DNA of 21,064 nt from a virus. Lineage: Duplodnaviria; Heunggongvirae; Uroviricota; Caudoviricetes. The position numbers and the translations under genes are program-made. The notes below the pieces were generated by a model that worked only from the letters and a program-made list of their open reading frames with translations, had not been told where the DNA came from and searched no databases. The DNA lies in the IMG/VR virus record IMGVR_UViG_3300020048_000080; one strand, 5' to 3'. Of the stretch, positions 7,320 to 16,329 are shown piece after piece (the stretch's first letter is position 1; each line of letters opens with the position of its first letter).

Positions 7320-10300
7320 GTGAATTCAAATTTGATCTTTTTCAATAAGGATGGTTATCCTCACAATTTTCAATACAATCAAGACACAGAAGCCTGGGAA
7401 GGCAAAATAATATTTGATGAGAATTCATCAGACACATTCAAAACTCAGAGTTTACATATTTTTGAGAATGTTGAACCAATAGAATTTGGATTTGATTGTA
7501 ATTTAGTTAATTTAAATTATAATAATAATAGTGGACTTACAATAACAGGAGAAGTATCATTTTCAAATGAAAGTATAACTAATATAACAAAAGTAAATGA
7601 ATCAAATGAATTTTATTCAAAATGGATATTTGGAAATAATTTTCATAAAAAATTTCCTATGGGTACAATTATTTATTTTTCAGGTGTAACTGGCACAACT
7701 TCTTATTCCTCAGATTTTAGTGATGATCAATATTTTACTGTTTTATCAGTAAAGAAAAATGCTATAATGATTATAACTAATACTAGCAATGATATTTTTA
7801 ATTTTACATTTATTTCTGGTAGTACTAGTTCATTAAATGCAATATCAATAAATGACTATAATAGACAATTATCAGGAGAAACATTTTTTCAAAATCTTTA
7901 TGAAGATAAAAAATTCTCAATAATTAATTCGAATTTCAATGATACTATTGTAAGTATCAAAAAAAGTGGTGAAACCTGGGCATATCTTAATAATATTAGA
8001 TTGAGTGATGGTATAAATGGTAAAATTTTCACATTAAGAATTAATTTCTTAACAGAAAGACCAAAAATATTGCAAGGTGATGTAAAAATAACAGAAAATA
8101 AATATTTGGAATTAGGTAGATTTAGTTATTTACTGGCGCCAGAAATTACATATGTTAGTGGATTAACTCAATATATAAAAAAAGAAATTATATTTGAAGA
8201 TTCAACGGGTGGAACTTTATATAATGGTTATACTTTTGTTGTAGATTCATTAGTAGATAAAGTATATTTAGGAACAAAATCATTAACATTCAAAAAATAT
8301 AAAAAAACTTTAGCAAACTATGGTTTATATAAAACCACTCAATGGAATATTATTCAATATAATGGATATTTAAATTTAAAAAAAGGTGATATAATAAAAT
8401 TAAGTGGTTCAACAACACCGTTAACAACTGGATATACTTATCATATGAACAATAGAGATTTTTATGTAGGTAATGTCACTTATGATTATACAAGAAATTT
8501 AACTTCAATTTTTACTCCAGATTATATTATAGATGAAAGTGGTTCAACATATTCAATAACTTTACAACTACAACCACATCAAATAAAAAAAGTTGAAGTA
8601 ACACCTAGTGCTGACGCATCAGCATTTAATAATATCTTAATAAAAGATGCTTATTGTTATTTAACAACAACTTATTTAGATTTTTCACAATCCTATAATA
8701 GCGGTGCAAGTTTCACAATTGATACATTTATAGATAAATACAAATCCGCATTATATTCATATGGTATTGATATATATCACTCTATAATAAATAACTTACA
8801 ATATTTATCTGTTGAAAGTTTATACGGTACAAAAAGTAAATACTTTTATGCTACTGGATATAACAATGATATTCAGATTGCTAATAATTATACTTTTAGT
8901 AGTGTATCATTAAGTGGATTAACTACTAAATATGATATAATTACAAATGAAAAATTATATAATGAAAGAACAAATAGAATGGATACTTCTAAATTATATA
9001 GAAGTCAAATTTCATCTGAAATAGCGTTATATTTGAATTATAGTACAGATAGATTTGGATTTAGATTAACATTAAATGGAAATCAATATTATATACAATA
9101 CACAGACGATACACAAACTACTATTAATAATTTCATTGATACATATGGAACAATACTATATAGCAATGGTTATACAGTTAATAGTGGTTATAGTGTACAA
9201 TATACTGGATATACTCTTAATATAATTTCTGATATTGATATCTGGGACATTGAAGTTATGGTTAATATTGTTTCATCTTACACTATTATAAATCACGAAA
9301 GAAATAATGCAATTTTATTATCAGGAAATGAAATAAAAAAACCTACAGGTAATTTATTTGATATCGGATTATCTACAGGAATGATAATAAAAGTATCAAA
9401 TAGTATTTACAATGAAAATAATAAAGAATATAATATTATAAGTTTAACTGATGATACAATAGGATTATCATATCAAGGAGTTTTCATATCAGAAACAGGT
9501 GCAACTATATTAGGATTAAGTAGGGAATTTATTAGAAAGCCTAGAGGTGAATATAATAGAGATGTATATTTAAGAGTTTTTTGGGAAACACCTTATGATA
9601 ATAATATAGATAATTCTATATTTTTATATGATATTACAGGTGATCAACTAATACCGTATAACAATAATCCATCATTAACATATTTAGGACAAAAACCTTT
9701 AATAGATTTAAGTAATAATGTAGTTTTTCTTAATAAAAATGCTAATAAAGACTTGGATAAAATATACAATCCAAAATATCAACAGACTGTTTTTGATGAA
9801 CTTACATTCAAATTAGAACAATTAGATTCATCTTTAAGTTATAATTGGATTCCTGAACCATTGGAGATATTTATAGGTTATAGCACACAAAATGAAGGTG
9901 TAAATAGTAGAGTTTTGAAAATTGAAAAAATTGAAAAAATTGAAAATATCACCACTTATTTTTCTTATAGTGGCTACACAAATTCTGGATTATCATATTC
10001 AACACCTAATTTTATATTTAATTATGATACTCTTGAATATAAAGCACCAATTGATTTTAATTTTATTTCATATGGATTTGTAAAAGACCAAATTATAAAG
10101 TTCACATTCAAAGATCAAAGTAAAAAAAATCAAAGAATATTTGAAAATGTTTATACTTATAAAATTTTAGAATTAGGTAGAAATAAAATTATTATTGATA
10201 CTGGCTATACATATGATAATACAGGATTTACTTATTTTACAACAACCGGCACAACTTTCTTTTTTAATATTGAAGTTCAACCAAAAGAAATTCTATCTTG

Positions 10301-11504
10301 TTCTATTTTTGGACAAACAGAAGTTGAAGATATTAGATATAAAGTTAATCTAAATAATGTTGGTGTACAATTAGAAGATGATATTTATCAGATATTATAT
10401 CAGTCTGATATACAGGATAATGCAATTGATTATATTTTATTGAATAGAAAAAGAAAAGAAATGTTAACTACATTTAGAGAAATATATGATTATATTGGTT
10501 CTTATAAATCGTTAATAAATTCTATTAATTTCTTTGGATATAATAATTTACAATTGTTTGAATATTATAGAAATATAGATAAACAATCTATACTCTTTGA
10601 AAAACTTCATAAAGTTTTAATTCCTGATATATTTGATAATTCAGTACAAGGTTGGAATGAAATGGATTTTATTGCAGGTAAATATCAAAATCAAAATACT
10701 TGGAAAAAAACTAATCTTTTCAATTTGGCTTATCAAATAACTGATGAAGATGGAAATAATGTTTTGATATATTCATTAGAAGATGTTCAATATAAATTAA
10801 CAAAATTAAAAACTTGGTTAAGAAAAAACATAATTCCAATATCAGCAAATCTATTGGATATAACTGGTGTTGCAGATACGAATCAAACTTTATATCAGAA
10901 TTATGATGAATCAAATCAAACCAAAAAATCAGTTGTAGAAAGAAATTCAACTGTTGTTAATTTTAATTATACAGCATCCTTAAATTTTGAAACAGATTAT
11001 TTAATCACAGTCAATTTTTATATTCTTTCTGGATTAACATCAATAACAACCGCTGAAGTACCAGATAGTTTTTCTGCTAAAATAAAAACTTTCTATTTAT
11101 CAGGTGATACTATGATTCCTGTTCAATATTTTAAAATTATGAAAAATGATTTAACATCATTTAGTTTTAATTTAAATAAATATATAGATCCATATATCTA
11201 CATAGAAACAACAACTTATGATAATAGTGGAAATGGATTAGGATTTGTTAATAATAAAATGTTCTACTTTGATGAACCTAGAAATTGGTGGTTAGTAACA
11301 CATAATTTTGATATGAGTAAATTTAAATTTTATCAAACAATGGATTATATTACAAACCAACCTCAAAAATGGCAATTTGAAGATATTGTAACAATGAGTA
11401 CTGCCGTATCATCATCAGTTGAAACAAATGTTCAAGTTAATACACTAAACGATACTTATTTATCTAAAATTGAGGTAAATAATAAAAAAGACATAAGTAA
11501 ATAA
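7320..11504 (+). CDS. Large virion structural protein, possibly baseplate wedge-associated
   Basis: 1394 aa, Asn/Thr/Ser/Tyr-rich and beta-like; RKRKEML...IY.YIGSYKSLINSINFFGY.....EY segment is reminiscent of wedge-protein helical modules (unverified recollection); structural neighbourhood. Confidence 0.5.
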   Translation: MNSNLIFFNKDGYPHNFQYNQDTEAWEGKIIFDENSSDTFKTQSLHIFENVEPIEFGFDCNLVNLNYNNNSGLTITGEVSFSNESITNITKVNESNEFYSKWIFGNNFHKKFPMGTIIYFSGVTGTTSYSSDFSDDQYFTVLSVKKNAIMIITNTSNDIFNFTFISGSTSSLNAISINDYNRQLSGETFFQNLYEDKKFSIINSNFNDTIVSIKKSGETWAYLNNIRLSDGINGKIFTLRINFLTERPKILQGDVKITENKYLELGRFSYLLAPEITYVSGLTQYIKKEIIFEDSTGGTLYNGYTFVVDSLVDKVYLGTKSLTFKKYKKTLANYGLYKTTQWNIIQYNGYLNLKKGDIIKLSGSTTPLTTGYTYHMNNRDFYVGNVTYDYTRNLTSIFTPDYIIDESGSTYSITLQLQPHQIKKVEVTPSADASAFNNILIKDAYCYLTTTYLDFSQSYNSGASFTIDTFIDKYKSALYSYGIDIYHSIINNLQYLSVESLYGTKSKYFYATGYNNDIQIANNYTFSSVSLSGLTTKYDIITNEKLYNERTNRMDTSKLYRSQISSEIALYLNYSTDRFGFRLTLNGNQYYIQYTDDTQTTINNFIDTYGTILYSNGYTVNSGYSVQYTGYTLNIISDIDIWDIEVMVNIVSSYTIINHERNNAILLSGNEIKKPTGNLFDIGLSTGMIIKVSNSIYNENNKEYNIISLTDDTIGLSYQGVFISETGATILGLSREFIRKPRGEYNRDVYLRVFWETPYDNNIDNSIFLYDITGDQLIPYNNNPSLTYLGQKPLIDLSNNVVFLNKNANKDLDKIYNPKYQQTVFDELTFKLEQLDSSLSYNWIPEPLEIFIGYSTQNEGVNSRVLKIEKIEKIENITTYFSYSGYTNSGLSYSTPNFIFNYDTLEYKAPIDFNFISYGFVKDQIIKFTFKDQSKKNQRIFENVYTYKILELGRNKIIIDTGYTYDNTGFTYFTTTGTTFFFNIEVQPKEILSCSIFGQTEVEDIRYKVNLNNVGVQLEDDIYQILYQSDIQDNAIDYILLNRKRKEMLTTFREIYDYIGSYKSLINSINFFGYNNLQLFEYYRNIDKQSILFEKLHKVLIPDIFDNSVQGWNEMDFIAGKYQNQNTWKKTNLFNLAYQITDEDGNNVLIYSLEDVQYKLTKLKTWLRKNIIPISANLLDITGVADTNQTLYQNYDESNQTKKSVVERNSTVVNFNYTASLNFETDYLITVNFYILSGLTSITTAEVPDSFSAKIKTFYLSGDTMIPVQYFKIMKNDLTSFSFNLNKYIDPYIYIETTTYDNSGNGLGFVNNKMFYFDEPRNWWLVTHNFDMSKFKFYQTMDYITNQPQKWQFEDIVTMSTAVSSSVETNVQVNTLNDTYLSKIEVNNKKDISK
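9918..9944 (+). repeat. In-frame tandem repeat (AAAATTGAA)x3 encoding KIEKIEKIE
   Basis: Three exact 9-nt copies. Confidence 0.85.
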
Positions 11505-11812
11505 TGGGAAGATTAACATCAATAAATAATATTACATCAACACCAGTTGTGTTGAGTGCAACAACATCAGGAACAACAAATGATGGAGTCTATATCTTTA
11601 TAGATGAAAATGGTAACGTAGAACAAATAAAGAAAGATACTAATGATAGATTGATGTTTTATACTGATACCAAATCTAAACAACAATCATTGTTAGAGCC
11701 TTGTATAATTGGAGTTAGTGATCCAGTTAATGGTAATTGTACAGAAGGAATAATTATGGGAACTGGTGATATCGGAAGTTCAAGTGAGAGTGCATATGCA
11801 ATTTATGAATAA
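11504..11812 (+). CDS. Hypothetical, probably structural, protein
   Basis: 102 aa; TAATG stop/start overlap with the 1394 aa gene; Ser/Thr/Gly-rich. Confidence 0.6.
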   Translation: MGRLTSINNITSTPVVLSATTSGTTNDGVYIFIDENGNVEQIKKDTNDRLMFYTDTKSKQQSLLEPCIIGVSDPVNGNCTEGIIMGTGDIGSSSESAYAIYE

Positions 11813-12093
11813 CTATCTAAATATAATTTGTTCATATAAGATTCTATATTTCTACAAATAGGTAATTTACCAAAAATGTTATCCCTTTCATTGTAACATC
11901 TAAATCCTACATTTTCCATAAAAAATAGTCGTATAATATTATTATCAATTTTTAAACCTTGATATTGAGATAAAATTCTAATTTGTTCTTCATCAAATCT
12001 CTCAGTTAAAATATTAATAGTTTGATTAATATTTTTATCATAATTTTTATCTTTAAGTTTAATCAAGCTTTCTTTGATAGAAAAATTATTCAT
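11803..12093 (-). CDS. Hypothetical protein
   Basis: The track gives TTG at 12123; ATG at 12093 (MNNFSIKE), overlapping the upstream stop, is the more plausible start. Confidence 0.55.
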   Translation of the reverse strand: MNNFSIKESLIKLKDKNYDKNINQTINILTERFDEEQIRILSQYQGLKIDNNIIRLFFMENVGFRCYNERDNIFGKLPICRNIESYMNKLYLDSYS

Positions 12094-12484
12094 CTTGAAC
12101 CATTTGTTTTTTAGTTTCTTCAATACATTCTATTGCAACATAAGTTAAATCACCATTTTTTATAATTTTATCTAAAGGAATTGCTTTATCATCTTTATTT
12201 TTTAAGATGGAAAATGCTAATAAATCCTGAATATGTATAAATGTATCATATTTACCATAACTATCACCATGTATAAATTCTTCTAAATCTATTTTATCAA
12301 TTTCTTGAGTACCATCTCTGAATGTTACATTCACAACCATTAATTGGTCATTATTTAAATCTTTATAACAATCATGATCTGATATATTGAATCCATCTCG
12401 TAATTCATTAGTATCAGGATCTAAAATAAATAAAAATAGTAAATTACTCTTTTTATTTCTTACAACTACACCATCATATTTCAT
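12086..12484 (-). CDS. Hypothetical protein
   Basis: 132 aa, overlap-coupled to both neighbours. Confidence 0.65.
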   Translation of the reverse strand: MKYDGVVVRNKKSNLLFLFILDPDTNELRDGFNISDHDCYKDLNNDQLMVVNVTFRDGTQEIDKIDLEEFIHGDSYGKYDTFIHIQDLLAFSILKNKDDKAIPLDKIIKNGDLTYVAIECIEETKKQMVQDE

Positions 12485-12692
12485 ACATTCTCTTTAATTT
12501 TAAGTATCTGGATAATTTTATATTATTTTTTACCAAATCAGTTTTATTTATAACCACATCATTAATTGCTATCAAATCTATATTATTCAATTCTTCTATT
12601 AAAAATATTACAACATCTCTTCTTGTTTCAACAAATTTACTTTTAGGTGTACCTCCTATTTTTGCATAAGTTATATTATAACCACTATCCAT
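12474..12692 (-). CDS. Hypothetical protein with basic C-terminal tail
   Basis: 72 aa, first gene of a minus-strand unit; ends LSRYLKLKRMYEI. Confidence 0.6.
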   Translation of the reverse strand: MDSGYNITYAKIGGTPKSKFVETRRDVVIFLIEELNNIDLIAINDVVINKTDLVKNNIKLSRYLKLKRMYEI

Positions 12693-12710
12693 TTTAGAAC
12701 TCTTTTTTCT

Positions 12711-12739
12711 TTATATATAAAAAAAATAATAAACAGTTT
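12711..12739. promoter_or_regulatory. Putative bidirectional promoter (palindrome TTATATATAA; minus-strand AAAC-N16-TATATA)
   Basis: Lies in the 47-nt gap between divergent starts 12692 and 12740, about 18-19 nt from each. Confidence 0.5.
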
Positions 12740-13441
12740 ATGATTTTTATTGGATTAGATGTATCAAAAATATCAACCGCATTATGTATTGAAAAAAACG
12801 ACAAAATAAAATTATTCTCTTATACAACCAAAAAAGATAATAATTGTTGGGTTAAAGATACAAAAGATTTTATTAATTATAGAAATATTGTTTATAACTA
12901 TAGTGAAGAATCAGATTACAGTAAGTCTGAAATAAATAAAATTGTTGAATTTGATAATGTTTCTAATTTAATTATGAATGATATTTTTGATAACATTAAA
13001 TTATTAGATAGCGTCAAAATTGCAATTGAAGGCTACTCATATAATTCAAAGAAAGGTCCCATAATTGATATAGTTGAATTTACTACTATTCTTAAACATA
13101 AACTTATGAATAAATTAAACCAATATTCAAATGTTCAAATAGTATCACCTCTTACACTAAAAACTGAATGTTGTAAAATGGTTTATAAACCAAGAATAGA
13201 ACAAGTAGGTAAAAGAGTAATAAAAAATATAACTCACTTAGAAAATAATAAAGGAAAACAAGCAACTAAATTTGATAAATGGGATATGTTTTATGCATTT
13301 ATAGATAGTAATATGAATTTAGACCTAAATAAATGGTGTAAAGAATATGAAAAGGAAATTACTAAAAATAAAGACGTACCAAAGCCATTAGATGATATAA
13401 TTGATGCAATCTTCCTAAAGGAAATGATAAAAAAGAATTAA
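12740..13441 (+). CDS. ruvC: RuvC-like Holliday junction resolvase
   Basis: 233 aa; RNase H-fold motifs IGLDVS..STALC, IAIEGYSY, SPLTLK, ATKFDKWDM and DDIIDA supply the acidic catalytic set. Confidence 0.8.
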   Translation: MIFIGLDVSKISTALCIEKNDKIKLFSYTTKKDNNCWVKDTKDFINYRNIVYNYSEESDYSKSEINKIVEFDNVSNLIMNDIFDNIKLLDSVKIAIEGYSYNSKKGPIIDIVEFTTILKHKLMNKLNQYSNVQIVSPLTLKTECCKMVYKPRIEQVGKRVIKNITHLENNKGKQATKFDKWDMFYAFIDSNMNLDLNKWCKEYEKEITKNKDVPKPLDDIIDAIFLKEMIKKN

Positions 13442-13548
13442 TATATAGATTGATAAAAATTTGGGGGACAAGTATTATATTTATAATATATATCATGATT
13501 TAGCATTTAAATTTTAAAGCATAGTATTAATTGATAATTAGATATTTA

Positions 13549-13588
13549 AAACATATTAAATAAAATTATATATATACACATATATATA
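13549..13588 (+). promoter_or_regulatory. Putative promoter (AAAC-N16-TATATA, plus a second TATATATA)
   Basis: AAAC 13549-52, TATATA 13569-74; second TATATATA at 13581-88 ends 18 nt before ATG 13607. Confidence 0.4.
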
Positions 13589-13606
13589 AAAAAAACGGAA
13601 AGCTGT

Positions 13607-14362
13607 ATGAATAGGTATTTTAGAAAAATAGAAGAGTTTCCAGATTATTTTATTAGTAATAATGGTAGCATTTTTTCAAAAAAATCTAATAAAAATCTTA
13701 AACACAATAATAGACATATTACACTACATAAAGATGGTAAAAAATATGTTAGATCAATTTCAAAAATCATAAAAAATACATTTCAATCAAGTGAAAAAAT
13801 TGACAATACAAATTTTGTACCAATTTTAGGATTTGAAAACTATTTAATTGATAAATTTGGTAATATACGTTCAACAAAAATAAACGGATATAAAAAAGGA
13901 TTCATTAATCCTTATGGTTATCTATGTGTTTTTTTATCTAAAGAAGGTAAAGTATATAATAAACTAGTTCATAGACTTGTATACGAAGCATGGAAAGGAA
14001 AAATTCCAATTGATATAACAATTGATCATATAGATGAAGATAAAAAAAATAATTTTTTAGATAATTTACAAATTTTAAGTAGAAGTGAGAATGTTTTGAA
14101 ATTTCATTCAGAAAGAGGAAGAAATAGAAACATTGAGGGATTTGTTAAAATTGATAACTTTGATAACTATTATATAAATAAAGATGGTGAAGTTATATCT
14201 TTTAAATACGGAGAAAAATCTCATAAAATCTCATATAAAAATGGGTACGTTGCTCTAAGAAAGGATAATAAAAGACATCATCTAAATATTAACTATCTTT
14301 TAAATAAATATTTTGGAAAAGATTTTATAAAACAAAAGAAAATGTATAAAAATATAGATTAA
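13607..14362 (+). CDS. Free-standing NUMOD4-HNH homing endonuclease
   Basis: 251 aa; VHRLVYEAW...IDHIDEDKKNNFLDNLQILSRSENV (HNH_3-like); three NUMOD4-like units F..I..F.NY.I...G.I.S. Confidence 0.9.
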   Translation: MNRYFRKIEEFPDYFISNNGSIFSKKSNKNLKHNNRHITLHKDGKKYVRSISKIIKNTFQSSEKIDNTNFVPILGFENYLIDKFGNIRSTKINGYKKGFINPYGYLCVFLSKEGKVYNKLVHRLVYEAWKGKIPIDITIDHIDEDKKNNFLDNLQILSRSENVLKFHSERGRNRNIEGFVKIDNFDNYYINKDGEVISFKYGEKSHKISYKNGYVALRKDNKRHHLNINYLLNKYFGKDFIKQKKMYKNID

Positions 14363-14377
14363 AAAAATTTAATTTAC

Positions 14378-15280
14378 ATGTTTGAAGAAAATAAAGAATA
14401 TAAATTTGATCCTAGAGAGATAAAAGTCTATGGTCCAAGAATTTATGAAGATCAACAAATTGATCCAAATATTATTCCTAACTTTCCTATTAATAAACCA
14501 GTAAAGTTTAGTGAGGATTTATTAAAGAAAGCAATAAAATATGGACTGGTTATTTTGATAAATTATAGAGGAGAAAAAGATAAGTGGAGAGGTGGTCGTG
14601 AGAGAACGATTCAACCTATGGTTTTAGGTGTGAATAAGAACACAAAGAATATGTTGGTGAGAGGTTGGCACTTAGAAGGATGGAGTGTTTCACAAAGAGC
14701 AGAAACTAAGAAGGTTTGGCGTTTATTTAAAACTGATAATATAATATCAATGACTTTTACTGGTAATTTCTTTAGATTGCCACCACAAGGTTATAAGATG
14801 AATGATAGAATAATGACAGAAGTTATTAAAGCAAAAGCAGATTTTAATGAAATCAGAAGAAATCAAAATATTTTATTAAAAGGTGGAAAAATACAAGCCG
14901 AAGAAGAAACTACAATTAGTAAACCAACAGGAGGAGTTGTAGGTATAGAATTAACAAATTCTAATAGTATTTTAGATTTAAAAACACCATCTAAAAACCT
15001 TTTAATTAATAAGAAGAATTTGGATCAGGTTAGATTTTTGAAAGATCCAAGTACACAATCAATGAAATTTTCTATAATGAGAAGTATGTTTGGTAATAAA
15101 TATTTAGCAATTGTTGGTGCTATTGGTACTGTTGATAGACAAGTTAAAGTATATGATGGTAAAACATTATTAGGTAATTATAAAACTATAAAATCATTCT
15201 TGGGTTCTGATTTAGAAAACAATAAAATTATTGATAATAAATCACAATTTGATTTATATGTATTTAATAGAAAATTATAA
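14378..15280 (+). CDS. WYL-domain protein without HTH
   Basis: 300 aa; I.YRG......RERTIQPMVLG......LVRGW..EG.S.......WRLFKTDNIISM matches the WYL pattern (R.I.P..L...WRxFRxDRI). Confidence 0.7.
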   Translation: MFEENKEYKFDPREIKVYGPRIYEDQQIDPNIIPNFPINKPVKFSEDLLKKAIKYGLVILINYRGEKDKWRGGRERTIQPMVLGVNKNTKNMLVRGWHLEGWSVSQRAETKKVWRLFKTDNIISMTFTGNFFRLPPQGYKMNDRIMTEVIKAKADFNEIRRNQNILLKGGKIQAEEETTISKPTGGVVGIELTNSNSILDLKTPSKNLLINKKNLDQVRFLKDPSTQSMKFSIMRSMFGNKYLAIVGAIGTVDRQVKVYDGKTLLGNYKTIKSFLGSDLENNKIIDNKSQFDLYVFNRKL

Positions 15281-15282
15281 CT

Positions 15283-15756
15283 ATGAAATTTTTAAAAACA
15301 TTTGAAGTTCAAATTGATTCTGATTCTATAAAAGCATTAGAAAGATTTTATGATTCATATAATAATCATAAAAATAGGTATTATAAAGAAGATATATCTT
15401 ATGCAAAAAATTTTAAGGTACCAGAATTTTTATATGATGAATTTGCACTAATGAAATACTATTATGAAAGTAGAAGTGGACAATATACTATGTTTACATC
15501 TAATACAGATAAGGCGAATAATTATATTAAAAGAGAATTAAAAAAAACGGTCACAAAATCAATACATAAAAAATTGGAAGATGATATTGATAATTATTTT
15601 GCTCTTAAAGAAATGTTTGATAAAAGACCTCGGTTTTTTGATACAGGTAGTTTTGATTATATATCAATAGGTTCAGTTAAAAATATATTTATGGTATTTC
15701 AGACTGCTTTAAAAAATTCATCTTTTACAAAGAATATAAAAAACTATAATTTATAA
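15283..15756 (+). CDS. Hypothetical protein (MKFLKTFE leader, KNYNL tail)
   Basis: 157 aa, starts 2 nt after the WYL stop. Confidence 0.7.
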   Translation: MKFLKTFEVQIDSDSIKALERFYDSYNNHKNRYYKEDISYAKNFKVPEFLYDEFALMKYYYESRSGQYTMFTSNTDKANNYIKRELKKTVTKSIHKKLEDDIDNYFALKEMFDKRPRFFDTGSFDYISIGSVKNIFMVFQTALKNSSFTKNIKNYNL

Positions 15757-15769
15757 AAAAAGAAAATAT

Positions 15770-16066
15770 ATGAAACATTTAAAAATTTTTGAAAGTTATA
15801 TTCCAAATAATTTAAGTTATTGTACAGATTGTAAACAACTTAAAAAAACAGATGATGAATATGAAAAGTGTATCTATTGTAGAGTTTTAAGTGTACTTGG
15901 TAAGAATCATGAATATGATGAAGAAAATATCTTTGGTCAATTGAAATATAGAATGGATTTCCTTAGAGATAAATCTGGACTATTAAAATATATTAATGAA
16001 CTAAAAGTTAAATATAATCTAACAGAAGACCAAGTTGAAGAAATAAAAAATATTCTAAATTTATAA
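15770..16066 (+). CDS. Hypothetical CxxC-CxxC (zinc-ribbon-like) protein with MKHLKIFESY leader
   Basis: 98 aa; CTDC...CIYC. Confidence 0.65.
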   Translation: MKHLKIFESYIPNNLSYCTDCKQLKKTDDEYEKCIYCRVLSVLGKNHEYDEENIFGQLKYRMDFLRDKSGLLKYINELKVKYNLTEDQVEEIKNILNL

Positions 16067-16329
16067 TGAATATTAAAAGATTCAATAAATCAAAAGTCGT
16101 TGAACCAGAAATTGGTGATTATGTAGTAGTAAATTACAACAAAAAAAGTAAAATTGGTGAACTTTTAGGAAAATCAATCGGTCAAATTACTGATCACACT
16201 AATTACAAATTATATAGAGTTAAATATGGTACAACAGATTGGATGGTTAATAGAAATGAAATTGAATATTTTTCTAAAAATAAAGAAGATTTAGAACCAA
16301 TAATAGCAGCAAAAAAATATAATTTATGA
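16066..16329 (+). CDS. Small KOW/SH3-like hypothetical protein (AKKYNL tail)
   Basis: 87 aa; IGDYVVV...IGQI....YRVKY......V...EI beta pattern; TAATG overlap. Confidence 0.65.
   Translation: MNIKRFNKSKVVEPEIGDYVVVNYNKKSKIGELLGKSIGQITDHTNYKLYRVKYGTTDWMVNRNEIEYFSKNKEDLEPIIAAKKYNL

Noticed and set aside
10720-10950. 76 aa minus-strand ORF
   Set aside because: Entirely antisense within 7320..11504.
13442-13606. Group I intron, ncRNA or operator in the gap before the HNH gene (GGGGGAC island at about 13463; imperfect GCATTTAAA/TTTAAAGC inverted repeat at about 13503-13520)
   Set aside because: Flanking genes appear complete, no intron core or stable hairpin is recognisable, and the elements occur once in AT-rich DNA.
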